The notes under the pieces: generated by a model
Databases searched by the model: none
What the model saw: only the letters and a program-made list of their open reading frames with translations
Told to the model about the DNA's origin: nothing
Position numbers and translations under genes: made by a program
NCBI GenBank assembly: GCA_035529595.1
Contig: DATKWK010000039.1
Coordinates: forward strand, 14,751-78,750
DNA length: 64,000 nucleotides
Direction of reading: 5' to 3'
From: Candidatus Bathyarchaeia archaeon
GTDB lineage: Bacteria > Patescibacteriota > Microgenomatia > PFEM01 > JAFGMK01
In this document: positions 45,495 to 53,881 of the stretch, in pieces
How the letters are laid out: each line of letters starts with the position of its first letter
Position numbering within the stretch: the stretch's first letter is position 1

Positions 45495-47828
45495 ATGTTT
45501 TCTCTGGATAGTATCACTGGAAACCTCAATAATTATTTATTGGTTATTGCTATTGCCGTACTGTGTGTTTTAGTTTTTTTTATTCTGATTTATTTATTTC
45601 TTCTTTGGTATCGCAATCGGGAAAGGGAAGAACGGTCTCTGGGTTCAGTACTCCTTCAAGTTGCCGTTCCTTTTAATAACGAGATTAAGATTGATGCTGC
45701 CGAACAGGTCTTTGCCTCGCTCTATTCAATGAAAACCGGAGGCCGGTTTTCATTTTTGAAGCCTCCTAACTTTCTGGCTTTTGAAATCGTTGCGCTTCCG
45801 GAAGACATCCGTTTCTATGTCTCTGTACCGATAGAACTAAGGGATTTTGTCGAGAAGCAAATCTACGGTGCCTATCCCAGTGCCCAAATCTCGGTGGTAC
45901 CCGAATATAATATTTTTAGTGAAGAAGGAAAGGTAGCTTTTACCCAGCTTCAGCTGAAAAACGCCTCTTTTAATCCAATTAAAGCTTATAAAGAACTTAC
46001 AACTGACCCGCTTTCTTCAACTACGGCTGCTTTAGCCAGAATGGATAAAGGAGAGGGAGCCGCAATTCAAATTATCGCTATTCCCAGTTCAGGATGGCAG
46101 CAGTCGGGACGAAGTTATATCTCCAAAACAAAGAAGGAAGAGGCCGATATGGAGAAAGCCAGTTTTAAGATTGACGCCAAAACCCTTGAGGCAATCGAAA
46201 ATAAATGCAGCAAACCGGGTTTTGAGGTAGTCATTCGACTAGTTGTTTGCTCATCTACAATAACAAAGGCTAAAAGCCATCTTGACAATATTAAGGGTGC
46301 CTTTGAACAATTTTCCTCCCATCTCAACAGTTTCGGTAAGGCGAAAGTTTGGTTTAAAAAGTTTTTCATGATCGATTTCATTTATCGTTATATACCCCTC
46401 TTTTATTTTGGCATGAATCGCTCGATTCTTTCATCCGAAGAACTGGCAACGATTTTTCATTTTCCCAATAAGAGTATTGAGACTCCCCATATTCACTGGT
46501 TATACGCTAAATCAGCTCCCGCACCCGCACAAATTTCAAGAAGCGGTCTCTATATCGGTAAATCTACCTATCGGGGTATGAGCCGGCCGGTTTACATCGA
46601 CGAGGGGGATCGTCGCCGGCATGTCTATATTATCGGTAAAACAGGTACCGGCAAAACTGAGTTGCTGAAAGACATGGTGCTTCAGGATATCAGAGACGGG
46701 AAGGGAGTCTGTCTGATTGATCCTCACGATTTGGCCGAAGAAATCCTAAATTTTATTCCTCCTCAGAGAGCTGAAGATGTAATTTTTTTTGATCCCTCGG
46801 ATACCGAACGGCCGATGGGTTTTAACCTTTTGGAAGCTGAAACTGAGCAACAGAAACACTTTGTGAGCAATGCGATCATCGGTTTGATGTATAAACTGTA
46901 TGATCCTTATAAAACCGGTATTATCGGGCCTCGTTTTGAACATGCGATTCGTAATGCGATGTTGACGGTTATGAGCGAACCCGGAAGCACTTTTGTTGAA
47001 GTTGTTCGTTGTTTGACTGACGCTAAGTATGTTCAGGAACTTTTGCCGAAGGTTCAGGATCCGATTATCAGGCGCTATTGGACTGATCAAATTGCTCAAA
47101 CTTCTGATTTTCACAAAAGCGAGGTTCTTGATTATATTGTTTCAAAATTCGGCCGTTTCGTTACCAATAAAATGATGCGTAATATTATTGGTCAATCGAA
47201 GTCAGCCTTTGATTTCCGTCGATCTATGGACGAAGGGAAAATTCTGATCATTAATTTAGCCAAGGGGAAAATCGGTGAGGAGAATAGTTCATTTTTGGGC
47301 TTGGTTTTGGTCCCAAAAATTTTAATTGCTGCGATGAGCCGGGCTGATATTCCTGAGGAAAAAAGGCGGGATTTCTACCTTTATGTTGATGAGTTCCAAA
47401 ACTTTGCCACTCCTGATTTTGCCCAAATTTTGTCTGAAGCGCGAAAATACCGGCTAAGTCTGACGGTGGCCAATCAGTTTATCGGGCAAATGGAGGAAGA
47501 AGTAAAGAATGCGATCTTTGGCAATGTCGGTTCGATTATGACTTTCCGTGTCGGCGTTACTGATGCTTCTTATCTGACTCATGAATTTCAACCTACCTTC
47601 GGCGAAGACGATCTCTTAAATATTGAACGTTATCATATCTATATGAAAACGATAGTTAAAAATGAACCGGTGCCATCTTTTTCGGTTGATCTCTATCGGG
47701 ATATGAAGGGGTTGGAGGCGGTAAGGAATCCGAAAGTGGGGGAGATGATTAAGAATCTATCTCGGTTTAAGTATGCCAAAGACAGGCAATTAGTTGAAGC
47801 AGAAATCAGCCAGAGAGCGAAACTGTAA
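45495..47828 (+). CDS. membrane-anchored P-loop ATPase, VirD4/TraG/TrwB (type IV coupling protein)-like or HerA/FtsK-like
   Basis: N-terminal TM segment; Walker A 'IIGKTGTGKTE'; 'CLIDPHD' (TrwB-like 'DPKGE' position); Walker B 'LYVDEFQNF'; 'ANQFIGQ'. Confidence 0.5.
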   Translation: MFSLDSITGNLNNYLLVIAIAVLCVLVFFILIYLFLLWYRNREREERSLGSVLLQVAVPFNNEIKIDAAEQVFASLYSMKTGGRFSFLKPPNFLAFEIVALPEDIRFYVSVPIELRDFVEKQIYGAYPSAQISVVPEYNIFSEEGKVAFTQLQLKNASFNPIKAYKELTTDPLSSTTAALARMDKGEGAAIQIIAIPSSGWQQSGRSYISKTKKEEADMEKASFKIDAKTLEAIENKCSKPGFEVVIRLVVCSSTITKAKSHLDNIKGAFEQFSSHLNSFGKAKVWFKKFFMIDFIYRYIPLFYFGMNRSILSSEELATIFHFPNKSIETPHIHWLYAKSAPAPAQISRSGLYIGKSTYRGMSRPVYIDEGDRRRHVYIIGKTGTGKTELLKDMVLQDIRDGKGVCLIDPHDLAEEILNFIPPQRAEDVIFFDPSDTERPMGFNLLEAETEQQKHFVSNAIIGLMYKLYDPYKTGIIGPRFEHAIRNAMLTVMSEPGSTFVEVVRCLTDAKYVQELLPKVQDPIIRRYWTDQIAQTSDFHKSEVLDYIVSKFGRFVTNKMMRNIIGQSKSAFDFRRSMDEGKILIINLAKGKIGEENSSFLGLVLVPKILIAAMSRADIPEEKRRDFYLYVDEFQNFATPDFAQILSEARKYRLSLTVANQFIGQMEEEVKNAIFGNVGSIMTFRVGVTDASYLTHEFQPTFGEDDLLNIERYHIYMKTIVKNEPVPSFSVDLYRDMKGLEAVRNPKVGEMIKNLSRFKYAKDRQLVEAEISQRAKL

Positions 47829-47880
47829 AATACCTTTGTTCTTTAGTAATTTTTTCTTCTTTAGTATAATTAACTCGATT

Positions 47881-47952
47881 GCGCCTGTAGCTCAATGGTA
47901 GAGCATTACTCTTATAAAGTAAGGGTTCTTGGTTCGAATCCAAGCAGGCGCA
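47881..47952 (+). tRNA. tRNA-Ile, anticodon UAU
   Basis: Hand-folded cloverleaf: acceptor gcgcctg/caggcgc, D arm gctc-aatggta-gagc, anticodon stem ttact/agtaa with loop c-t-TAT-a-a, T arm cttgg-ttcgaat-ccaag. Confidence 0.65.
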
Positions 47953-47996
47953 CACTCAAAGAAAAGTAAGGAAGGTGCTTGAAAGCCGAAGGATTC

Positions 47997-48866
47997 TTAT
48001 AGCTCTTTAATTTTAATCTCTTCCTGCGATTTGCCTTTAACGAAGTCAAGGTATCTTTCAGTAGTGGAAAGTCGTTTGTGACCAACTAATCTCTGAATTA
48101 GGACGACGGAGTTGCCGGCGGCAAGCTGGTGAGCGATAAAAGTATGGCGCAAATCGTTGACCTTCGCACTCTCAATCCCGGCAATTTTAAAATAGCGTTC
48201 AATAGCACCGCGAATGTTTCTGATCAAAAACGGCCGCCCGCTTTTAGTAATAAAAAGTGACCGTGTTCTTACTTTCGGCCTGATTTTAATATATCGTTCG
48301 AGAGCTTTCTTAGCTGCCTTGTTAAGAGGAATCTTTCTGCTTTTGTGTGATTCGTAAGCTTTGATATCAAGGTAATCGCTCTCAATTTCTCCAATTTCAA
48401 GGCGGGCTAATTCACCAATTCTCATTCCAGTTTGAAGAAGAAGCTCGACAATCGTAGAAATGCGAATATCTTCACGGGCAGCATCGCGAATGGCCCGATA
48501 TTCCATTTGCGAAAGAATTCGAGGGGCTTTTATTTCATATTTGGGATGAGAAACGGAACTGGCCGGATTTTTAACCGTTATGCCTTCTTCTTCTAGAAAT
48601 TTAAAAAAAGTTTTGACAGCGTTCAGTTTTCGAGAGACAGACTTAGCTGTATATTTCTTTTCTAAGAGGTCTTTCTTAAATTCCTCAATATGTTCAGTAA
48701 GAACCGTATCAACTTGAGAAATACCTTTTTCCTTGAGGAAATCGGTCAGTTGTTCAATATCCTTCCGGTATGCTAAAATAGTAGCCTGGGCACGGCTCTT
48801 GTTTTTAAGGTATTTAATAAATTTATCGTGTGCAGCGTCAACCGAAGCGCTAATGCCATTGGTCAT
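47997..48866 (-). CDS. tyrosine site-specific recombinase (XerC/XerD-like, phage-integrase family)
   Basis: N-terminal SAM-like core-binding domain; catalytic 'R...HxxR...Y' region ('LRHTFIAHQLAAG', 'LGHKRLSTTERY'). Its 3' end lies 44 nt from the tRNA-Ile 3' end. Confidence 0.8.
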   Translation of the reverse strand: MTNGISASVDAAHDKFIKYLKNKSRAQATILAYRKDIEQLTDFLKEKGISQVDTVLTEHIEEFKKDLLEKKYTAKSVSRKLNAVKTFFKFLEEEGITVKNPASSVSHPKYEIKAPRILSQMEYRAIRDAAREDIRISTIVELLLQTGMRIGELARLEIGEIESDYLDIKAYESHKSRKIPLNKAAKKALERYIKIRPKVRTRSLFITKSGRPFLIRNIRGAIERYFKIAGIESAKVNDLRHTFIAHQLAAGNSVVLIQRLVGHKRLSTTERYLDFVKGKSQEEIKIKEL

Positions 48867-48997
48867 AAACTTATCTCCGAGAATAATTGTAACCTATAAA
48901 GTTTTCTTATATTAGCAAAAACTGATTTTGCTGTCAAGAGGGAATCTTAATAAACTATGACTGGTGAAAATTAATTCCATTTGATTTAGGAGTTGAA

Positions 48998-49360
48998 TTG
49001 TTTAATAAAAAAGCATTGACGATCTTTACCGTAATTATTGGCAGTTTGCTTATTTTCGGTCTTTCTCGAAATATAATTAGACTTCTTAAGGCTGAGAAAA
49101 AGGTAGATCAAGTACAAAATGAACTAAAAGAGGCTCAAAGCGAACATAGCTTACTTCTAAAGAAGTTCGATTATTTTGAGTCTGAGGTTTTCATCGAGGA
49201 GCAAGCTCGGAATAAATTGAATATGGCTAAAGAAGGGGAATCAGTGGTTATTCTTCCGCCTGATTTTAAGCCGCAAGAAAGAAAAGACGACTTTCAGCTA
49301 CCTCATGATTCTCCTAATTGGAAAAGGTGGTTAGTTACCTTCGGGTTCTTAGACGGCTGA
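48998..49360 (+). CDS. FtsB/DivIC-like septum-formation initiator (TM plus coiled coil)
   Basis: One TM segment, coiled coil, and 'EEQARNKLNMAKEGESVV' resembling the FtsB C-terminal motif. Confidence 0.45.
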   Translation: MFNKKALTIFTVIIGSLLIFGLSRNIIRLLKAEKKVDQVQNELKEAQSEHSLLLKKFDYFESEVFIEEQARNKLNMAKEGESVVILPPDFKPQERKDDFQLPHDSPNWKRWLVTFGFLDG

Positions 49361-49386
49361 AGGAATATTGTTATTCGCAGGCTGAG

Positions 49387-49459
49387 TGCTAGGAGACGGA
49401 TTCGAACCGTCGACCCATCGCTTATGAAACGATTGCTCTACCACTGAGCTATCCTAGCA
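49387..49459 (-). tRNA. tRNA-Met, anticodon CAU (elongator-type stems)
   Basis: Reverse complement folds as gctagga/tcctagc acceptor, GCTCAGTGGTAGAGC D arm, anticodon loop tt-CAT-aa, T arm gacgg-ttcgaat-ccgtc. Confidence 0.75.
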
Positions 49460-49564
49460 AATGGATTAAAGTACTTAAGATTATCTTAGCTGCAGGCATA
49501 TTGGATACCGACTTTTCTCTGATAAAAATAAGGTAAGAGTTCAGATTTACCGACACACTTTGTC

Positions 49565-49613
49565 ATCCTGAACTTGATTCAGGATCTATATAGATTCCGT
49601 GTCAAGCACGGAA
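49565..49613. other. two adjacent perfect hairpins (atcctgaa-cttga-ttcaggat; ttccgtg-tcaag-cacggaa)
   Basis: Read directly from the sequence. They lie between tRNA-Met (-) and the 49752 ORF and may act as bidirectional terminators or a recombination site. Confidence 0.3.
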
Positions 49614-49751
49614 TGACGGAATTGTGTCAAAGGAACTGAACTATTACAAAATAAGTAATTACTAGATTTAGTATTGAGGATAAATTATACTAAACTAATC
49701 GTCTAGAGACAAGAAATCCAGATAATTATTAGTCGTAGCGAAAGATTTTAG

Positions 49752-50447
49752 ATGGACGAGAATCAAATAGGACAAAATTCTTCAAGGGTAACAGTTGCTA
49801 GAGTAGCTAATCCTGGATTGCCAAAGGAAGGAAGCACAGTTGATCGGTTAGAACAACGGGTTTTAGAGTTGTTAGGAGTAAGAGAATCCGGTTTGACATT
49901 AAAGGATTTTGTCAGGCTTCATTACTCAGGCCCTAGTCCATTTGACCCGGCAGCTTTCTTTAAGGATAGTAAATACGATGAATATCGCTGGTACCGAGTG
50001 CAAACTAGAAGTAGGCGAGGACATATAGTTGAGAGCGGGACGACTCTTAATTATGCGGTCACCAGTCAGCGCCAGGAAAGGTTGGTATTGAGCCGAGGAT
50101 TTTCTGTCGGTGGCCCTAGAGGTGCTTCTCGGGAAATGATTCTTTGTTTAAACTATGATTCTCAAACGGCCAAATGGGCTGGAGACGGAGCAATGATTTT
50201 TGTTTCCGAAAAAAGGGGAAAGAAAGAAGGATTTAATAGTATTATTGTCGAATTCAGGGAGGGAAAACCGCTTGAGATTAAAGGTTTAAATGACGTAAGT
50301 TTAGAACAAGGACTGGCAAGAATACAGGAAGATTTCGAGTTGAAGAGTGGCTTCTTCTCAGTCCCCCCACCTGAGTTACTGAATAATTGTCTCGAAGGAA
50401 ATGATCCCATTTCCTTTAAAGAGCTTGATCCGCGCTTACGAGGATGA
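49752..50447 (+). CDS. hypothetical protein (flanked by tRNA genes)
   Basis: Long ORF with no recognised motif. Local composition is somewhat more G+C-rich than its neighbours. Confidence 0.4.
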   Translation: MDENQIGQNSSRVTVARVANPGLPKEGSTVDRLEQRVLELLGVRESGLTLKDFVRLHYSGPSPFDPAAFFKDSKYDEYRWYRVQTRSRRGHIVESGTTLNYAVTSQRQERLVLSRGFSVGGPRGASREMILCLNYDSQTAKWAGDGAMIFVSEKRGKKEGFNSIIVEFREGKPLEIKGLNDVSLEQGLARIQEDFELKSGFFSVPPPELLNNCLEGNDPISFKELDPRLRG

Positions 50448-50495
50448 TATTTTTAGTTGAATATTAAGCTGGTTTTTGTTAGAATATTGCTGACA

Positions 50496-50565
50496 TGCGG
50501 GGTAGTGTACGGCTGCACGTGAGGCTCATAATCTCACAGGCCAGGTTCAACTCCTGGCCCCGCAA
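50496..50565 (+). tRNA. tRNA with anticodon CAU (Met or Ile2-type; 70 nt, short D-loop, U1:A72)
   Basis: Hand fold: acceptor tgcgggg/ccccgca, D stem gtgt/gcac, anticodon stem tgagg/tctca with loop ct-CAT-aa, T arm ccagg-ttcaact-cctgg. Confidence 0.55.
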
Positions 50566-50574
50566 CAAAAATTT

Positions 50575-50599
50575 GGGGGCTTTTGCCCCCTAATTTTTT
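50575..50599 (+). terminator. rho-independent terminator (gggggc-tttt-gccccc + taatttttt)
   Basis: GC-rich perfect stem followed by a U-tract immediately after the tRNA. Confidence 0.6.
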
Positions 50600-50706
50600 G
50601 GCTTGTGGGGCTTAAGGAGTTGAACTAACGGTAAAGTGAGAGAGGAAGTCTGAGTTTCATTGGCACTATGGGAAGAAACAAAAAAAGTAAAGCTAACCGT
50701 GGTGTT

Positions 50707-50722
50707 CTCCTGGCCCCGCAAC
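50707..50722 (+). repeat. 16-nt perfect direct repeat of the tRNA(CAU) 3' end (ctcctggccccgcaac), 156 bp downstream of the original (50551-50566)
   Basis: Read directly from the sequence. This is att-site-like duplication of a tRNA 3' end. Confidence 0.7.
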
Positions 50723-50730
50723 TAGACAAA

Positions 50731-50751
50731 CGCCCATTTCGGGCGTTTTTT
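50731..50751 (+). terminator. rho-independent terminator (cgccc-atttc-gggcg + tttttt)
   Basis: Stem-loop plus T-tract. Confidence 0.5.
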
Positions 50752-50839
50752 CGTCTGGCTTATGGGGGCTAAGGGATCCTGTTTATGTTTTGGGCGGGTT
50801 CTTGAATATTACTCCAGAATTTTTGCTATAATAATCAAA

Positions 50840-52237
50840 ATGACAAGATCAGATATCGGTTTAATTGGGCTTTCGACCATGGGTCAGAATCTGGCCTTGA
50901 ATATCGAAAGAAACGGTTTTAAGATCAGTGTCTTTAACCGGACCGCCGAGATTACCCGTGATTTTACGGCTCAAAAAACCAAAGGCAAAAAATTTTTCCC
51001 CTTTTACTCCCTTGAAAAATTCATTTCTTCCCTTGAAAAACCAAAAAAAATTATTTTACTCATCAAAGCCGGTGAACCAGTCGATGAGATGATTAAGAAA
51101 TTGTTACCGTTTTTAGAAAAAGGCGATCTTTTAATTGATGGCGGTAATTCATTTTTCAGGGATACCGAGAGACGGCAGGAGTTTTTGAAAGAAAAGGGAA
51201 TTGAGTTATTGGGAATGGGCGTAAGCGGAGGAGAAGAGGGAGCGTTAAAAGGTCCAAGTCTGATGCTAGGCGGAGAGAGGCGAGCATTTAAAAAAGCCGA
51301 AGATATTTTAGTAAAGATCTCCGCCAAGTTTAAAGGTGAACCCTGTTGCACTTATTTAGGCCCTCGGGGCGCCGGTCATTTTGTCAAGATGGTTCACAAC
51401 GGTATCGAATATGGGATTATGCAAGCCTTGGGGGAGATCTATGATTTCTTAAAAAATGGCCTTGATTTAAGTCAACAGCAGATTATTAGGGAATTCACTG
51501 TCAGACAAAAAAGTTTGTTTGCTTCTTATTTAATGGAAATATCTCTTGAGGTTTTAAACAATGTTGATTCGGAAACTAGCAAACCCCTGATTGAATCAAT
51601 ATTGGATGAGGCGGAGCAAAAAGGAACCGGTAAATGGACAACTCAAACGGCTCTTGATTTGGGTGTCCCGATCTTAGGCATCTCTTCAGCTGTAGAGGCA
51701 AGAATCATTTCCTCCTGGAAGAAAAAAAGGGAGAGATTGTCATCTCTTTTTCCTAAAAAAGGAATAGAGGCCAATAAGAAGATCGAAATCCAGCTGCTTT
51801 TTGACGCTTTTTTAGCTTCAATTTTGATGATTTATCAGGAGGGTTTTTTTCTTTTGCGTCAGGGATCGGAAGAATTTGGTTATCAGCTTAATTTGGCCCA
51901 AGTTGCCAAAACCTGGCGTGCCGGTTGTATTATCCGGGCCAAGTTAACCGAGAAAATCGCCAGTATTTTGGAAAAATCATCAGAGAATAAGCTGCTTTTA
52001 GAAACATCTTTTTTCCAAAACCAACTGAAGAAACTGGAAAATAGTTGGCGTGAAGTTATTAGTGTCTTTTTAGCTTGCACTATTCCCTGCCCGACGATGA
52101 GTGCTTGTCTGGCAGAATTTGATTCGCTACGCCAAAAGCGTTTAGAATCTGCCAGCTTGATTCAAGGGCTTCGGGACCGTTTTGGTTCTCATGGCTTCAG
52201 GCGGATTGATAAAAAGGGAGATTTTCATGTCGACTGA
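50840..52237 (+). CDS. gnd: 6-phosphogluconate dehydrogenase (decarboxylating)
   Basis: 'IGLIGLSTMGQNLALN' NADP-binding region; 'GMGVSGGEEGA'; 'HFVKMVHNGIEYG'. The ATG at 50840 is preceded by -10-like 'gctataata'; the track ORF begins further upstream. Confidence 0.85.
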   Translation: MTRSDIGLIGLSTMGQNLALNIERNGFKISVFNRTAEITRDFTAQKTKGKKFFPFYSLEKFISSLEKPKKIILLIKAGEPVDEMIKKLLPFLEKGDLLIDGGNSFFRDTERRQEFLKEKGIELLGMGVSGGEEGALKGPSLMLGGERRAFKKAEDILVKISAKFKGEPCCTYLGPRGAGHFVKMVHNGIEYGIMQALGEIYDFLKNGLDLSQQQIIREFTVRQKSLFASYLMEISLEVLNNVDSETSKPLIESILDEAEQKGTGKWTTQTALDLGVPILGISSAVEARIISSWKKKRERLSSLFPKKGIEANKKIEIQLLFDAFLASILMIYQEGFFLLRQGSEEFGYQLNLAQVAKTWRAGCIIRAKLTEKIASILEKSSENKLLLETSFFQNQLKKLENSWREVISVFLACTIPCPTMSACLAEFDSLRQKRLESASLIQGLRDRFGSHGFRRIDKKGDFHVD

Positions 52238-53723
52238 TTGTCAAGCAAAAAATAAAGACTTTTTTTCCCTGGTTTTTGACCTAGGGACAAATAATTTAAA
52301 GCTGGCGATTTTTGGTCAAAATGGCCTCGTGGCCGCCGGGAGAGAGAGTGTTAGATCTGCAGTTACCAACCAGAAGATTGAGGTTGCCGGGCTTCAGGAG
52401 ATATTTCTTAGGGCAATCAAAAAACTCTGGCAGACAGCCGGTAAACCACCTTTACAGGTAATCGGCGGCGTGGGAATAATGCATGGCTTGGCGATTTTTA
52501 ATTCCCGAGAAAGACAGTTTAAGGATTGCTACATTTATTCTAATTTAGAGGCGGGTAACCAGTCTCACCGATTGAAAAAGATTTCCCGGACAGTTTATCA
52601 AAAGAGAGGGGCGCCCCCGTCTTCGGCTTATGGTCCGGAACAGGCGGCTTTGAGAAATAAAAAAGGCGAGTTGTCCAGTTGTCTCCTTTATCCGTCAACG
52701 GCAGTTCTTTTAGGGCCTTTAAGTAATTTACCTCTTGAAATCACCAAGCCGGCACTATCCCATTTGGGATTTTTGGATCTCCAGTCTTTAAAGCTTAACC
52801 AACCGATGCTTAAGTTTGCTTCTTTGTCCGAGGATAATTTTGCAACAATCAGTAAAGATTTTATTGTCGGTAAACTTGATTCCAGATTAGGTAAAAAGCT
52901 CGGTTTTGCTTCCCCTCATGGGGAAATATTATTAATGGACTTAGGCGGTGACGGTCTGATAATTCATGAATTAATTGATAATCCTAAAATCGGCTCTTTT
53001 AAAATCGAAAGTACTGCCGTAGTGCGCCTAGAGACTGAAAAACCGGTTTTGGAAGATATTAATAATGGGGAGATTCCGGTTACCTGGAGTTATTATCATG
53101 AACCGGGACGGTTTATCTGGGGGGCGGCGACTAATGCCGGAGTCCTGACACTAGTAGACTATCTACCCCCTGGTCTAAATCCCAGTTTGGATTTTTATTC
53201 TTTAAACCGGCAGTTAGAAAAAGAATTACTTAGTAAAGGGATTCCCTCAGTCTCGACAATTGGTATCGGTTTACCTTTTTCCCGAGGTGAACGGGCACCT
53301 GGTTGGGTCGGAAAACGACCAACCGGCATCCGAGGTAGAAAGCCGAAAAGTCTCATGTGGCAGCTTTATCTATGGCAAGAGGCGGTGGCTTTTAATCTGA
53401 ATCAGGTAGTCGGGAAGATGAAAGAAGTCGCCCGGGACCGGAAAATAAAATTCCCCAAAGCTTTTTTTATGACCGGCGCTACCAATTATTGGCCGACTTG
53501 GGCTAAGCTTCAAGCTTTGATATGCCAGATTAATTTAGTCAAGTCGGAAATTGAGGAGCCGAATCTATGGGGTGAGGCTAATCGTATCTTAAAATACTTT
53601 GGCCGGCCAACTTTTAAGGCTAAGAAAGGAAGAGTCTATCGTCCGGAAACCAGTAAATACCCCAATTTTAAGAATCTCTCTGAGAGATATCAGTTTTACC
53701 TGAGAGAGTATCAGAAAATTTGA
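52227..53723 (+). CDS. divergent FGGY/ASKHA-family sugar kinase (candidate gluconokinase given the gnd neighbour)
   Basis: N-terminal phosphate-1 motif 'FSLVFDLGTNNLKLAIF'; ~500 aa; the ATG overlaps the gnd 3' end by 11 nt. Confidence 0.4.
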   Translation: MSTDCQAKNKDFFSLVFDLGTNNLKLAIFGQNGLVAAGRESVRSAVTNQKIEVAGLQEIFLRAIKKLWQTAGKPPLQVIGGVGIMHGLAIFNSRERQFKDCYIYSNLEAGNQSHRLKKISRTVYQKRGAPPSSAYGPEQAALRNKKGELSSCLLYPSTAVLLGPLSNLPLEITKPALSHLGFLDLQSLKLNQPMLKFASLSEDNFATISKDFIVGKLDSRLGKKLGFASPHGEILLMDLGGDGLIIHELIDNPKIGSFKIESTAVVRLETEKPVLEDINNGEIPVTWSYYHEPGRFIWGAATNAGVLTLVDYLPPGLNPSLDFYSLNRQLEKELLSKGIPSVSTIGIGLPFSRGERAPGWVGKRPTGIRGRKPKSLMWQLYLWQEAVAFNLNQVVGKMKEVARDRKIKFPKAFFMTGATNYWPTWAKLQALICQINLVKSEIEEPNLWGEANRILKYFGRPTFKAKKGRVYRPETSKYPNFKNLSERYQFYLREYQKI

Positions 53724-53857
53724 CTTTTAGAGAAACTGTGCTATCATAATTTCATTATGACCAGAATAAGCAAGAATATCGTTTGGTGGAACGCCGATTA
53801 GTAGCTTGTCGGCGGTTTTCCGGTGGTCATAAAATAAATTAAAATTTAAAAATTAAG

Positions 53858-53881
53858 AATCCGCTGACAAGCGGATTTTTT
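53858..53881 (+). terminator. rho-independent terminator (aatccgc-tgacaa-gcggatt + tttt)
   Basis: Perfect 7-bp stem and T-tract downstream of the kinase gene. Confidence 0.6.

Noticed and set aside
46115-47114. Minus-strand ORFs 46115..46381, 46536..46727 and 46746..47114
   Set aside because: They are antisense to the VirD4-like ATPase CDS, whose Walker motifs confirm the plus-strand frame.
49752-50447. Possibility that the 231-aa ORF between tRNAs is an integrase or transposase
   Set aside because: It has no R-H-R-Y, DDE or serine-recombinase motifs, so it is kept as a hypothetical protein.
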